In this document: positions 29,570-38,724 of the stretch, one piece after another
Numbering within the stretch: the stretch's first letter is position 1
Layout: every line of letters begins with the position of its first letter
The notes under the pieces: model-generated
What the model saw: only the letters and a program-made list of their open reading frames with translations
The model's database searches: none
What the model was told of the DNA's origin: nothing
Assembly: GCA_012719135.1 (NCBI GenBank)
Contig: JAAYAW010000047.1
Location: 22,282-86,281 of the forward strand
Direction: 5' to 3'
Source: Chloroflexota bacterium
GTDB lineage: Bacteria; Chloroflexota; Anaerolineae; UBA1429
DNA length: 64,000 nucleotides
Made by a program: the position numbers and the translations under genes

Positions 29570-29606
29570 AAAGGTGCGCCGGAGGGAGACCCTCCGGCGC
29601 ACCTTT
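29570..29606. terminator. Strong intrinsic-terminator-like hairpin in a long intergenic region.
   Basis: AAAGGTGCGCCGGAGGG-AGA-CCCTCCGGCGCACCTTT forms a 17-bp perfect stem. It is followed by one more T on the plus strand, completing a TTTT run. Confidence 0.5.
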
Positions 29607-29788
29607 TCGTACACGATCCTGATGAGCACCTCGCCATTGAGCTACCCAGAGCAGGAACGGGTATGTTCCATATGCTTCGCTCGAACGCCTGCTTCCATGC
29701 TCAGTATACAGCGTTCCAGGAGACAGGCAAACAGATGCTGCCGCAACGGCCTGGGGCCACGCACTCTGTAGCCGGCTGCACGGGCCGG

Positions 29789-29817
29789 TTGCCTCAGAGG
29801 CTGCTCGATGGTACAAT
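29789..29817 (+). promoter_or_regulatory. Candidate promoter for the aldo/keto reductase gene.
   Basis: TTGCCT, 17-nt spacer, TACAAT with an upstream TG. A GAGGAGG Shine-Dalgarno lies before the GTG at 29863. Confidence 0.4.
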
Positions 29818-29862
29818 GGACTACCATAGCAACAAGATCGTCAAGCCAGCGAGGAGGTTAGC

Positions 29863-30972
29863 GTGATATATCGTGATCTAGGCAAGACGGGCTATCGCGT
29901 ATCACAGCTCGGTTACGGCGCCATGCGGCTGCCGATGGATGGCGATGGGCCCGACGCCCGCGTGGACCGGGAGAAGGCCATCCCGCTCCTTCACGCAGCC
30001 TTTGAGGCCGGCGTGAACTATGTGGATACGGCCCATGGATACAGCAATCAAGACAACCAGCGTGTGGTTGGCGAGGCGCTCAAGGGTTGGCGGGAAAAGA
30101 TCATCGTCTCGACCAAGAACCCCGAGTTCGATAGCGAGGACACCTGGTGGAAGAACCTGGAACAGAGCCTCTCCTATCTGGACGTCGAGTATATCGACAT
30201 CTATAACCATCACGGCATCAACTGGGAGCGGTACGTCTCCAGCGTCGAGCCACGGCTGAGCAAACTGATGATCAAGGCCAAAGATCAGGGTTTGATCCGG
30301 CACATCTGCACCAGCTTCCACGACACGCCGGAGAACCTCATCAAGCTGATCAACACCGGCTACTTTGAGGTGATCACGTTGCAGTACAACATCCTCGATC
30401 GCAAGAACGAGGAAGCGATCGCCCTGGCTCATGAGAAGGGCATCGGCATCGTGGTGATGGGCCCCGTGGCGGGCGGGCGGCTCGGCGTAGAGAGCGACGT
30501 GCTCAAGGCCATGGTCCCCGGCATAGAGCGGGTCCCGGAGCTGGCCCTGCGCTTTGTGCTCTCGAATCCGGGAGTCTCCGTGGCGCTGTCGGGCATGACG
30601 ACGATGCAGCAGGTGGAGGAGAACATCGCGACCAGCTCGCGAGACCTGCGTCTCTCAGAGAGTGAGATGCAGATCATCGAGGAGCAGCTGGGCCGCCTTC
30701 AGGCGATGGCCGATCTCTACTGCACAGGCTGTGGCTATTGCCAGCCCTGCCCGCAAGAGGTGAACATCCCGCATATCTTTGGCAAGTACAACGAGGCCCG
30801 GGTTTACGGCCTTTGGGAGGCAGCTCGCGAAGCCTACCAGGCCTGGCGCTTTGTCTCGGGGAAGCAGGCCGACGCCTGCGTGGAATGCGGCGAATGCGAG
30901 GCCAAGTGCCCGCAGCACATCCCGATCATCGAGCAACTCAAGGAGGCGCACGCCGCGCTCACGGGCGTCTAG
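29863..30972 (+). CDS. Aldo/keto reductase with a C-terminal 4Fe-4S ferredoxin-type cluster domain.
   Basis: YRDLGKTGYRVSQLGYGAMRL...DTAHGYS. C-terminal CTGCGYCQPCP and CVECGECEAKCP motifs. Confidence 0.9.
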   Translation: MIYRDLGKTGYRVSQLGYGAMRLPMDGDGPDARVDREKAIPLLHAAFEAGVNYVDTAHGYSNQDNQRVVGEALKGWREKIIVSTKNPEFDSEDTWWKNLEQSLSYLDVEYIDIYNHHGINWERYVSSVEPRLSKLMIKAKDQGLIRHICTSFHDTPENLIKLINTGYFEVITLQYNILDRKNEEAIALAHEKGIGIVVMGPVAGGRLGVESDVLKAMVPGIERVPELALRFVLSNPGVSVALSGMTTMQQVEENIATSSRDLRLSESEMQIIEEQLGRLQAMADLYCTGCGYCQPCPQEVNIPHIFGKYNEARVYGLWEAAREAYQAWRFVSGKQADACVECGECEAKCPQHIPIIEQLKEAHAALTGV

Positions 30973-31023
30973 CGCTCGCCCCTCAGGCCGCCTGCGGCCG
31001 CAGCGTAAGAGGCAGAGCCAGAT

Positions 31024-31056
31024 GGGCCGCCATTCCCCCGGGGGGAGTGGCGGCCC
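31024..31056. terminator. Hairpin between convergent genes (aldo/keto reductase and ybaK).
   Basis: GGGCCGCCATTCCCCC / GGGGGAGTGGCGGCCC forms a roughly 16-bp stem with one mismatch. Confidence 0.45.
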
Positions 31057-31069
31057 AATCTCCATCCGG

Positions 31070-31588
31070 TCAGGCTTCGCCGGCGAACCCGGCAGAGGGA
31101 TCCGTGCGCGTCAGCGGAACGAGACGAGCCTGGGTCACGGCGAGCAGATCCTCCACGGCCAGGCGCAGGTTGAGCCCCCGCTGGCCAGCACTGACCACAA
31201 TCCAGGCTTCCTCACGCGCCGAGGTATCGAGATAGACCGCCCACCGCTTCTTGAGGAGAGCCAGGGCCGAGATGCCGCCCACCAGCAGGCCTGTGAGCGA
31301 TTCGGCCTCGCGCTGGGAGGCCATGCGCAGCTTTTTCTCCCCCGTAGCCTTGGCCAGAGCCTTGAGATCCAGTTCTGCATCGCCCGGCACAATCGCGAGC
31401 AGCGGCCGTTCGCGCCGGGGCGTATCCGGCAGGACGACCAGCGTCTTGAAGACTCTCTGCGGCGGCAGGCCGAGGACCTCGGCCACCCCAACGGCTGAGT
31501 GGATGTCGGGCGAGAACGCCAGCGTCTCGTAGCCCATTCCGCGGCTATCGAGCATTCTCATCGCATTCGTGGTTGCGGATTTCGCCAT
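31070..31588 (-). CDS. ybaK: YbaK/EbsC-type Cys-tRNA(Pro) deacylase.
   Basis: TNAMRMLDSRGMGYETLAF...VFKTLVV...LKALAKATGEKKLRMASQREAESLTG..VGGIS. Confidence 0.85.
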   Translation of the reverse strand: MAKSATTNAMRMLDSRGMGYETLAFSPDIHSAVGVAEVLGLPPQRVFKTLVVLPDTPRRERPLLAIVPGDAELDLKALAKATGEKKLRMASQREAESLTGLLVGGISALALLKKRWAVYLDTSAREEAWIVVSAGQRGLNLRLAVEDLLAVTQARLVPLTRTDPSAGFAGEA

Positions 31589-31668
31589 ACAGCAGCCCCT
31601 CCGGCACTCTACGCGCGAGCCGCTGCCACGGCCGGGCCAAGCCTGGCCTATAGCGGCTCCGCGAACAA

Positions 31669-34236
31669 TCAGTGATGCTCCCGATGGTCCTCCGCCGCAG
31701 AATGCTCATGATACTGGCCGGCCGCGTGCATCCGATTGTGTAGCCGGCGGTGAGCGGATTCCAGGACGAGGCGCATCCGTTTGTAGACGACGTCCTCGGC
31801 GCGGGTGCCCACAGTGTCGAGGTAGGCCAGTGCCCCCTCGATCTGCTCCAGGATCGTGACGGCATCCGCTGCGGCATAGAACGGAGAGCCCTCCACCTCG
31901 GCCATCACCGGGGTGCTGTGCGCCGCGATGATCTCGGGCTTGTCCGCATAGTGGCCGCGGATCATCAGCGCCAGCCAGGAACTGCGATCCAGGCGCACGT
32001 TCCACTGACCGGAGGCCCGCCAGGGATCAATCGCGACCGACTGGCGAATTTCACCGTTAACGATCAACTCGGCCCTGGACATGGGGACCGTCACACTGGC
32101 GGCCTCCCAAACCACGTCGATGGTTCCCCCGCCCGCCCCCATGGACAGGCGCCCGCCCATAGGTTGGCCATCGACCGAACACTCGATGAGCGGGCCGTAA
32201 GTCACAAAAGTCTCCGCGCGCCGCACGGCGTCCATCCAGGTTTCATAGGTAAAGGGAACGCCCGCTGGGAGCCGGGCGTACGTCCGCACCGTGCCCACAG
32301 CGGTCGCCGCCGACATCTTGTCCGTCCCACCGACGGCGGGGACGAGATAGCCATTGTTGAGGTACCGGTACCAGTCCGACAGTGAATACGGACTGATCCC
32401 ATCATACAGATCTCCCCAGGAAGTCATCTCTATGCCATCGATTTGGCCCTCGATGATGGCCGCGGCGTGCTCCGCACGGGGATTGGGAAAGTGCGGCAGG
32501 ATCACCAAGCCGCCCTGCTGGTGACACTGGCGCGCCCACTCGGTGAGCAACACCTCCACGGGATCACCCAGTGCGGACTCGTCCGGGCCACCTGTGGTCA
32601 TGGGAGCGATGATCCGGCCGGAGTATCCGAGAAGAGAGATGTGGCCCAGGACGTGCTGGCGGTTCTCCGTGCCCACGCGCACGAGGTGCTCGCCATCGCC
32701 TCCGGCCTCGCGAGAACCCCAGGTGCTGTGCCCGTCGAAGTCGCCCACGTTGGTCATCAACTCGCCCCACTGGCTGGCCAACAGGTTGACGACGTTCACC
32801 CCTTCCCCGGAGCCCTCCAGAAGCGCGGACATGGGAGACAAAAAGTGGACGTGGGTATCCGCGCTCACCCAACCGCGCGAGCGCCACGGGAGAACGCGTT
32901 CCAACTCCACCGTGATTTGATCCGTGCCTGATGCGATCTCCAGAGTCCGCCTCAGCGGTCGAACCTCAAATCCTCGCGAGACCTCGAAGTAGACCCTGCC
33001 CAGAGGCAGGTCGACGGTCGTCTCGCCTGGTATGTACGTGGTATAGTGCTGCCCGAGGTGGGCGAAGTCGACCGAATAGTCCTCGAACCACTCGGGGTTG
33101 GGAATCCGGTGTCGGTCCACGGGAGAGAGATACTCCCCCGAGGCGCCATGCAGGTGAAGCTTGACGGGCACGGGCGCATTGCTGCCACGTTCCAGAACCC
33201 GAAGCTTGACGCGCCGGGTAGCGGGAGCCACGGAGCTCAGCGCACCGGAAGAGCCCACGCCCCGCAGAGCGGCGACGGGCACCTGCCGTCCGTTCCAGAG
33301 GTGGAAGCAGGCTTCGGGGTGAGCGGTATACTCGATCAGCACCTCCCGCTCGGAGAGCCCCGGGACCTGGTTGTTGTAGCTTCCGTCCCAGTTCGCGTCG
33401 GGATAGAGCGGGCACCGCTGTGCCGAGATCACCTGGCCCAGATCGAGTTGCACCTGGCGCAAGAGCCCCCGCCCGTCTACGTCAGCCTCAACATCCAGGC
33501 CCTCTGGGAGGGTTAGGATCGCTTTACGACGGCGCTCCCACCGGAGCGGGTGGCTCACGACGTCACCAGCAGACACCGCCAGAAAGAGCACGGCGCCGGA
33601 TGCCGGCTCCAGCCTGAGGCGATCAATCAAGACGCTCGGGCGCGGATTCTCCCAGGCAAACAACCAGTTGGTCCACGCAGCATCATCCGGCATTGCGGCG
33701 CGCGTCTGGCGCCAGCCCCATTCCTGAGGGGGTGCGCCCTGCTCGGGGCGCACCGGGAAAGGCTTACTGTGTGCCACGGCAGCCATGCAGTTCTCGCCCC
33801 AGCGGCGGGTATAGGCGCCGACCTCATAACGCCGCCGAATGGGAATCGCCATCTCGACGCCGTCCACGTAGCGCGCCACGTAACGCGCGGCCACCTCGCC
33901 CAGCCGGCCCTCACCACGCATGGGTGAATGGAACCCGGCCGCACCAGACGCTCCCGGGGCTAGCTCGGCGGGGCGCTGATCCGAGGTGTGCAAGAACACG
34001 AGCCAATGGGCGCGGCAATCGGGCAGATCGATCTCGACAGGCTCGCTGGCCAGCACCACGGGGTTACGGATGGCGAAGGAGATGCCCCAGGCCACCGATG
34101 GATCCTCGGGCACGCCGGGGAGGGCGGCTCGCATCTCTTCTGAAAGGAGGGTCGAACTCAGGGCGCCCCACGGCGTCCCTCCGTCAAAGGGGAGTGGACG
34201 AAAGAGCCGGCTGTAGAGGCCGTCACGCATCAGCAT
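31669..34236 (-). CDS. Large protein with a C-terminal PHP/CehA-McbA-type metallohydrolase domain. The N-terminal ~340 aa are unassigned.
   Basis: SADTHVHFLSP...VVNLLASQWG...HISLLGYSG...VILPHFPNP...GGTDKMS resembles the CehA/McbA family. The start at MLMRDG (34236) is tentative. Confidence 0.7.
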   Translation of the reverse strand: MLMRDGLYSRLFRPLPFDGGTPWGALSSTLLSEEMRAALPGVPEDPSVAWGISFAIRNPVVLASEPVEIDLPDCRAHWLVFLHTSDQRPAELAPGASGAAGFHSPMRGEGRLGEVAARYVARYVDGVEMAIPIRRRYEVGAYTRRWGENCMAAVAHSKPFPVRPEQGAPPQEWGWRQTRAAMPDDAAWTNWLFAWENPRPSVLIDRLRLEPASGAVLFLAVSAGDVVSHPLRWERRRKAILTLPEGLDVEADVDGRGLLRQVQLDLGQVISAQRCPLYPDANWDGSYNNQVPGLSEREVLIEYTAHPEACFHLWNGRQVPVAALRGVGSSGALSSVAPATRRVKLRVLERGSNAPVPVKLHLHGASGEYLSPVDRHRIPNPEWFEDYSVDFAHLGQHYTTYIPGETTVDLPLGRVYFEVSRGFEVRPLRRTLEIASGTDQITVELERVLPWRSRGWVSADTHVHFLSPMSALLEGSGEGVNVVNLLASQWGELMTNVGDFDGHSTWGSREAGGDGEHLVRVGTENRQHVLGHISLLGYSGRIIAPMTTGGPDESALGDPVEVLLTEWARQCHQQGGLVILPHFPNPRAEHAAAIIEGQIDGIEMTSWGDLYDGISPYSLSDWYRYLNNGYLVPAVGGTDKMSAATAVGTVRTYARLPAGVPFTYETWMDAVRRAETFVTYGPLIECSVDGQPMGGRLSMGAGGGTIDVVWEAASVTVPMSRAELIVNGEIRQSVAIDPWRASGQWNVRLDRSSWLALMIRGHYADKPEIIAAHSTPVMAEVEGSPFYAAADAVTILEQIEGALAYLDTVGTRAEDVVYKRMRLVLESAHRRLHNRMHAAGQYHEHSAAEDHREHH

Positions 34237-34371
34237 ACTACACCTCGCTGTGGGCACAGGCCTGCGTCGCAACACAAAGCCGCGATCCGCAGTCGTGCTT
34301 GTCACAGGCATCATACCGGGGCACGCCAGGTGGCGCAACAGGCCAGAGGCCGAGAGGCCTTGCTCTGGTGC

Positions 34372-35400
34372 TCAGCCGCAGCCCCAGGCAGCCTCCAGCA
34401 TGCCACGCCGATCGACCAGAAGCGTCAGATAACGCTGCTCCAGCGCCACCATCTCCTCGTCGCCCCTTCGAAGCCAGTCCGAAAGCCAGGCCAGCCGGAT
34501 GGCGAGCACCAGGGCCCAGAGGGCGGGCTCGGATGCGGCGGGGTGGCCCAGCTCCCTCAGCATTTGGAGGAACTCCCGCACAAGGGGGCCTGTGAGCGCA
34601 TCTGGCTCCTCGATCCCCACACAGCCAATGATCAGAGCGGTATCGTAGGCGGCAGGGCGGAGGCCACAGAACTCCCAGTCGATCACGGCCCGCAGGCTCT
34701 CCCCGGCGGGCGACCAGATCACGTTCAGCGGGTGCGGATCGCCGTGGCAGAAGGACGCCTCCAGCGCGCCGTCGGCGGGAAGCCAGCCGCCTAGCAGCGG
34801 CTCTATGATGGCGGCGACGCTGCCCGCCAGGCCAGGACGATTCGCCCGAATCCGCAGCAGGAGATCAGAACAGAAAGCGGAAACCGAAAAGGGTGCCCCC
34901 GAGGGCAAGCGCAGCGACTGCGCCGCCCGGCGGAGGTCCACCAGAAAGTGGGCCAGGGACTCTCCGCGCCATCCATCCCACACCCAGGCCGGGCGCGGCA
35001 GAGGAGCGCCCTCCAGAAAGGGACTGACCTGCCAAAAATGCGCACCCAGTGGCAGCACGTGTTGGCCGCTCGAGGAGCGCAAATAGGGGTTAGTGTACGA
35101 AAGGCCCGCCCGGCTCAATGCGTCGATGGTCGCAGCGATCTCCATCTTGCGGCGGGCAACCTCAGGCGGCAGGCGCTCGATGACGATACGAGCCCCGTCG
35201 GACGTGGCCGCCACCACGCGCGCGAGGCTGCGTTCCGGGCTGCCGGCGGGAATGACGTCACCGCAGAGGCCCTGAACCGCCAGGCGCCACAGTCGGCCTA
35301 CGCGCACGGCTATGGGGAGGTCTATCGTTGTGGTCGCTTCCGATTGCATCTCTCTCCAGGGGCATGCCGACTGCAGGTGACTGAGTGGGAGGCTGCGCAC
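34372..35400 (-). CDS. Aminoglycoside phosphotransferase (APH)-fold kinase-like protein.
   Basis: CHGDPHPLNVIW...VIDWEFCG catalytic/Brenner-like motifs. The start is either 35400 or the ATG at 35349. Confidence 0.75.
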   Translation of the reverse strand: MRSLPLSHLQSACPWREMQSEATTTIDLPIAVRVGRLWRLAVQGLCGDVIPAGSPERSLARVVAATSDGARIVIERLPPEVARRKMEIAATIDALSRAGLSYTNPYLRSSSGQHVLPLGAHFWQVSPFLEGAPLPRPAWVWDGWRGESLAHFLVDLRRAAQSLRLPSGAPFSVSAFCSDLLLRIRANRPGLAGSVAAIIEPLLGGWLPADGALEASFCHGDPHPLNVIWSPAGESLRAVIDWEFCGLRPAAYDTALIIGCVGIEEPDALTGPLVREFLQMLRELGHPAASEPALWALVLAIRLAWLSDWLRRGDEEMVALEQRYLTLLVDRRGMLEAAWGCG

Positions 35401-35439
35401 AGGCGGGGTGCACCGCCTGTGCTCTCTACCCGCATTACC

Positions 35440-36303
35440 CTACCAGCACATCTCCAGGGCACGATCACAGGCGCGCCCCTGAACCCACGCTGAACCCCAA
35501 TCATAGCGGGCCCGCCACGCGAGTCGAGCGAACAGCGGAACGGTGTACATCCGGAGGCCCTTGGCCGTCACCCGGAGGTCCATTACCTCAAACGGGCTCT
35601 CGGAAAAGCTGCTCACTGTGGCCCAATGCGCCGTACCCAAGGCACCCACCGTGTTTGCGTGGCTATGGCCGGAGAGGATGAGCCTCACGGTAGGATTCCG
35701 TTCCACCAGGCCGGCCAACTGGTCCACGTAGGCCGCGGGAGGCGCGTCGCGCTCCTGTTCACCCCCCAACTGGTCTGCGGGAATGCCGCCGGGGGCCGCG
35801 TGGCAGACGAGGAGGTGCACAGCACACGGACTCTCCCGGATGCGCATTTCGGTGGCCACCAAATCGGCCTCGGCGCAGGCGGCACGGGGACTATCTCCCG
35901 CCCAGAAGAAAGGAGGGTCTCCCCAGTGGGTCGGCAATACATGCACGCAGCAATCGTCGCAGTGCACCGCGTACGCCGGTTGCCCCGCCGGCAAGAGCTG
36001 GCCGGCCGAACGGCGCCATAGGGCCAGCGCGTCGGGCCTCGTCAGGTCATGGTTGCCCAGTGCCAAGCGAACGGGAACGGGCAACGCATCCAGCTGCGCA
36101 ACGGCCTCGGCGATGAGATCCGGCTCGGCCCGCTCAACCGCATCGCCAGCGTGTAGGACGAGGTCGGCACCACCCGTCTGGCGGATCCAGCCGGTAAGGG
36201 CAGCATACAACTCGGGCAGGCGATCGATATTGCAGGGCTGTAACCGATAGCCGTCCGGGCCGCCGCCATGGTGAGTGTCCGAGATGAGGATGATCCGGGA
36301 CAT
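35440..36303 (-). CDS. Calcineurin-like metallophosphoesterase.
   Basis: IILISDTHHG...LVLHAGDAV...LGNHD...GHSH. Confidence 0.85.
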   Translation of the reverse strand: MSRIILISDTHHGGGPDGYRLQPCNIDRLPELYAALTGWIRQTGGADLVLHAGDAVERAEPDLIAEAVAQLDALPVPVRLALGNHDLTRPDALALWRRSAGQLLPAGQPAYAVHCDDCCVHVLPTHWGDPPFFWAGDSPRAACAEADLVATEMRIRESPCAVHLLVCHAAPGGIPADQLGGEQERDAPPAAYVDQLAGLVERNPTVRLILSGHSHANTVGALGTAHWATVSSFSESPFEVMDLRVTAKGLRMYTVPLFARLAWRARYDWGSAWVQGRACDRALEMCW

Positions 36304-36379
36304 GCGTCCTCCCCTGAGCGCCTGTCCGCATGCTACTCCGGGGGAGAGGCTTTGTACAATCAGGGCGGAAGCCGTGCCG

Positions 36380-36440
36380 ATTGACGGTTGCGGACATCTG
36401 CCCTATAGTATGCATACCAACCGGTCGGTTTGTTACGATC
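36380..36440 (+). promoter_or_regulatory. Candidate tetR promoter with an overlapping inverted repeat (possible operator).
   Basis: TTGACG (36380-36385), 18-nt spacer, TATAGT (36404-36409). The inverted repeat ACCAACCG-GT-CGGTTTGT lies immediately downstream (about 36416-36434). Confidence 0.35.
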
Positions 36441-36458
36441 AGAAACGGAGCCCAGCAG

Positions 36459-37061
36459 GTGGTCGCGAACCATCGCAATCCAGACACAACTCGCGCCCGG
36501 ATTCTGGAGAGCGCACAATCTGCGTTTGGCGAGATGGGCTACGACCGCGCCAGCGTGGCGGAGATCTGCGCGAGAGCCGGAGTCACCAAGGGCGGTTTCT
36601 ACCATCACTTTGAGAGCAAGCAGGCCATCTTCCAAGAGTTGCTGGAAGGGTGGCTCGAAGATATGGATGCCCGCCTCAACGCCTTCGAACGCCAAAGTCC
36701 AGATGTGCCCAGCCAGCTCGTGGCCATGACGGGCGTGTTGGGCCATGTGCTCGCCTCCGCTGGCGATCAGCTATCCATCTACCTGGAGTATGTGACGCAG
36801 GCGCTGCGCGACCCCGACCTGAGAGAGGCAACCGTTCAGCCCTATCATCGCTTTCACGCACGCATCGCCGACTCGATCCGGCGGGGCATCGCGGAAGGCA
36901 GCCTGCGCGAGGTCCACCCGGAGGCCGTTGCCAGCACCATTCTGGCGCTGGTGATGGGCCTGCTGCTGGAGGCGCTTCTTTCGCCGGGATCTCTCGATAC
37001 CTCGATGGCGGCGGCGCAGGCGATGCGCACGCTGCTCAACAGCCTATCCGTGGAGCAATAA
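36459..37061 (+). CDS. TetR/AcrR family transcriptional regulator.
   Basis: TRARILESAQSAFGEMGYDRASVAEICARAGVTKGGFYHHFESKQAIF. I chose the GTG at 36459, which has a GGAG 8 nt upstream. Confidence 0.85.
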   Translation: MVANHRNPDTTRARILESAQSAFGEMGYDRASVAEICARAGVTKGGFYHHFESKQAIFQELLEGWLEDMDARLNAFERQSPDVPSQLVAMTGVLGHVLASAGDQLSIYLEYVTQALRDPDLREATVQPYHRFHARIADSIRRGIAEGSLREVHPEAVASTILALVMGLLLEALLSPGSLDTSMAAAQAMRTLLNSLSVEQ

Positions 37062-37063
37062 AC

Positions 37064-38026
37064 ATGCGCGTGACAGTAACAGGTGCATTTGGGAATCTCG
37101 GGCAGCCCGTCCTTGAGCAGTTGATCCTGGAGGGGCACCAGGTCCGGGCCTTTGATCTGGATACGCGAGCGAACCGTAAGGCGGCGCGGCGTTACGGTCG
37201 CGATATTGAGGTGGTGTGGGGAAACCTGACCAGCGACGAAGACGTCCGCCGGGCGGTGGAGAACCAGGAAGCCGTGGTGCACCTGGCCTTTGTGCTGCCC
37301 TATCTATCGGCGACAGGCGTCAGCAGCGAAGCGGAACCGCGCTGGGCCCGCAGCATCAACGTCGGCGGCACGCGCCGCCTGCTGAACGCCATGCGCGCCA
37401 TGCCGCAGCCAGCCCGGATCCTGTTCACCTCATCGCTCCACGTCTATGGCCAAACCCGGGAAAAGTCCCCTTACCGCAGAGTGGACGATCCGCTTTCGCC
37501 CACAGATCACTACTCACACCACAAGATCATCTGTGAGACCCTGGTACGGCGATCGGGGCTGCGATGGACGATTTTCCGGTTGGCCGCATCACTGCCCACG
37601 CGCCTGATCCTGGACAAGGCGATGTTCAAGGTTCCGTTGGATACACGGATCGAGTTCGTACACCACAGCGACATCGCGCGCGCCGTGGCCAACGCGCTGG
37701 ACAATGAGGCGGCGTGGGGGCACATCTGGAACATCGGCGGAGGGCGCGAATGCCAGCTGTTACAGGGGGATCTCGTTCGCAGCGTGTTGGGCGCGATCGG
37801 TGTGGGCATGCTTCCGGAACAGGCCTTTGGCGGGGAGCCCTTTCCCACGGACTGGCTTGACACTGCCGAAAGCCAGCGGGCGCTGCGCTTTCAGTACCAC
37901 ACCCTGCAGGACTATCTGAAGGACTTGAGCGTTCGCCTGCGCCCGATCCGGCCCCTCTTGCGGATAGCGAGCCCCCTGATTCGCGCCTATCTGCTCTACG
38001 TCTCCATCGGCATGCGGCTCTCCTAG
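37064..38026 (+). CDS. NAD-dependent epimerase/dehydratase (extended SDR).
   Basis: MRVTVTGAFGNLGQPVL Rossmann motif and YSHHK. The ATG at 37064 lies 2 nt after the tetR stop. The long extension in the ORF track overlaps tetR and is rejected. Confidence 0.85.
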   Translation: MRVTVTGAFGNLGQPVLEQLILEGHQVRAFDLDTRANRKAARRYGRDIEVVWGNLTSDEDVRRAVENQEAVVHLAFVLPYLSATGVSSEAEPRWARSINVGGTRRLLNAMRAMPQPARILFTSSLHVYGQTREKSPYRRVDDPLSPTDHYSHHKIICETLVRRSGLRWTIFRLAASLPTRLILDKAMFKVPLDTRIEFVHHSDIARAVANALDNEAAWGHIWNIGGGRECQLLQGDLVRSVLGAIGVGMLPEQAFGGEPFPTDWLDTAESQRALRFQYHTLQDYLKDLSVRLRPIRPLLRIASPLIRAYLLYVSIGMRLS

Positions 38027-38715
38027 CCGCCGGCAGCTACCACGGAGCCCAGGATCGTCGCCAGCACGGGCCACGCCCGCTCTGCCTGACCCTCGGGCAT
38101 GCTGGCCACAAAGAGGAGCGCCTCTCCCCGGAGCATGACCGGGGCCACCACGGCATAGTAGATGCGCCCCGTCGCGTCGCTGGCCAGCGTGGCCTCGACC
38201 GCATCCACGGGGCCACCGGCAATCACCAGGGGAATCTCACGCACGGACAGGGCACCCGAGAGATCATAGCCGGCCAGTATCTCGGACGGCCGGCTCGCAT
38301 CGGGGACACGACGCACCAGCAGCGCCGGGCACTCCAGCTCGGCGGAGGTGAGGCAGGCCTCATCCTCGGCCAGCAGGAGTCCCCCTTCCAACTCGAGCCG
38401 GGCCCAGCCCCTGGGAATCTGCAGAGCCACCGGAAGTCCCTCAAGCTCGATCCCGGCCAGGTCAGACACAGCCTCCACAGCCGGGGTTGCCTCCAGTCCG
38501 GGCAGCCCGGTCGTAGCGGTAGAGGCGGGAGCAGCGGTGGCCTGCCCGGCGGGCGGAACCTCGTTAGCTGCCGTCACGCCGACCGACACGGTGGCTTGCT
38601 CGCGCACCGAGGCGGCCGTCGCGGTTGGGTCGCCTGCAACGGTGGCACGCCCACAACCCGGAAGCCCGGCCGCGAGCAGGGCCAGCGCCGATATGTAACA
38701 GACATAGCGCCTCAT
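38023..38715 (-). CDS. Exported lipoprotein, function unknown. Candidate immunity or accessory protein of the Rhs toxin.
   Basis: MRRYVCYISALALLAAGLPGC lipobox, an Ala/Thr/Pro-rich linker, then a globular part of about 150 aa. It starts 9 nt after the Rhs stop, and the GAGG Shine-Dalgarno overlaps the last G of the Rhs TAG stop (TAGGAGGCTGCGATG). Confidence 0.6.
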   Translation of the reverse strand: MRRYVCYISALALLAAGLPGCGRATVAGDPTATAASVREQATVSVGVTAANEVPPAGQATAAPASTATTGLPGLEATPAVEAVSDLAGIELEGLPVALQIPRGWARLELEGGLLLAEDEACLTSAELECPALLVRRVPDASRPSEILAGYDLSGALSVREIPLVIAGGPVDAVEATLASDATGRIYYAVVAPVMLRGEALLFVASMPEGQAERAWPVLATILGSVVAAGG

Positions 38716-38724
38716 CGCAGCCTC

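Noticed and set aside
29429-29866. 145-aa ORF filling the pdxA-reductase intergenic region.
   Set aside because: It has no Shine-Dalgarno, it reads straight through a 17-bp terminator hairpin and a promoter, and its composition is not protein-like. I treat the region as non-coding.
30973-31023. GCGGCCGC-containing palindromic stretch after the reductase gene (caggccgcctgcggccgcagcg).
   Set aside because: It is short and GC-rich, and is probably just part of the terminator region. The adjacent longer hairpin (31024-31056) is the better structural candidate.
36650-37063. N-terminal 138-codon extension of the epimerase ORF (36650-38026).
   Set aside because: The extension overlaps the TetR gene out of frame. 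The Rossmann motif begins right at the ATG at 37064, 2 nt after the tetR stop.
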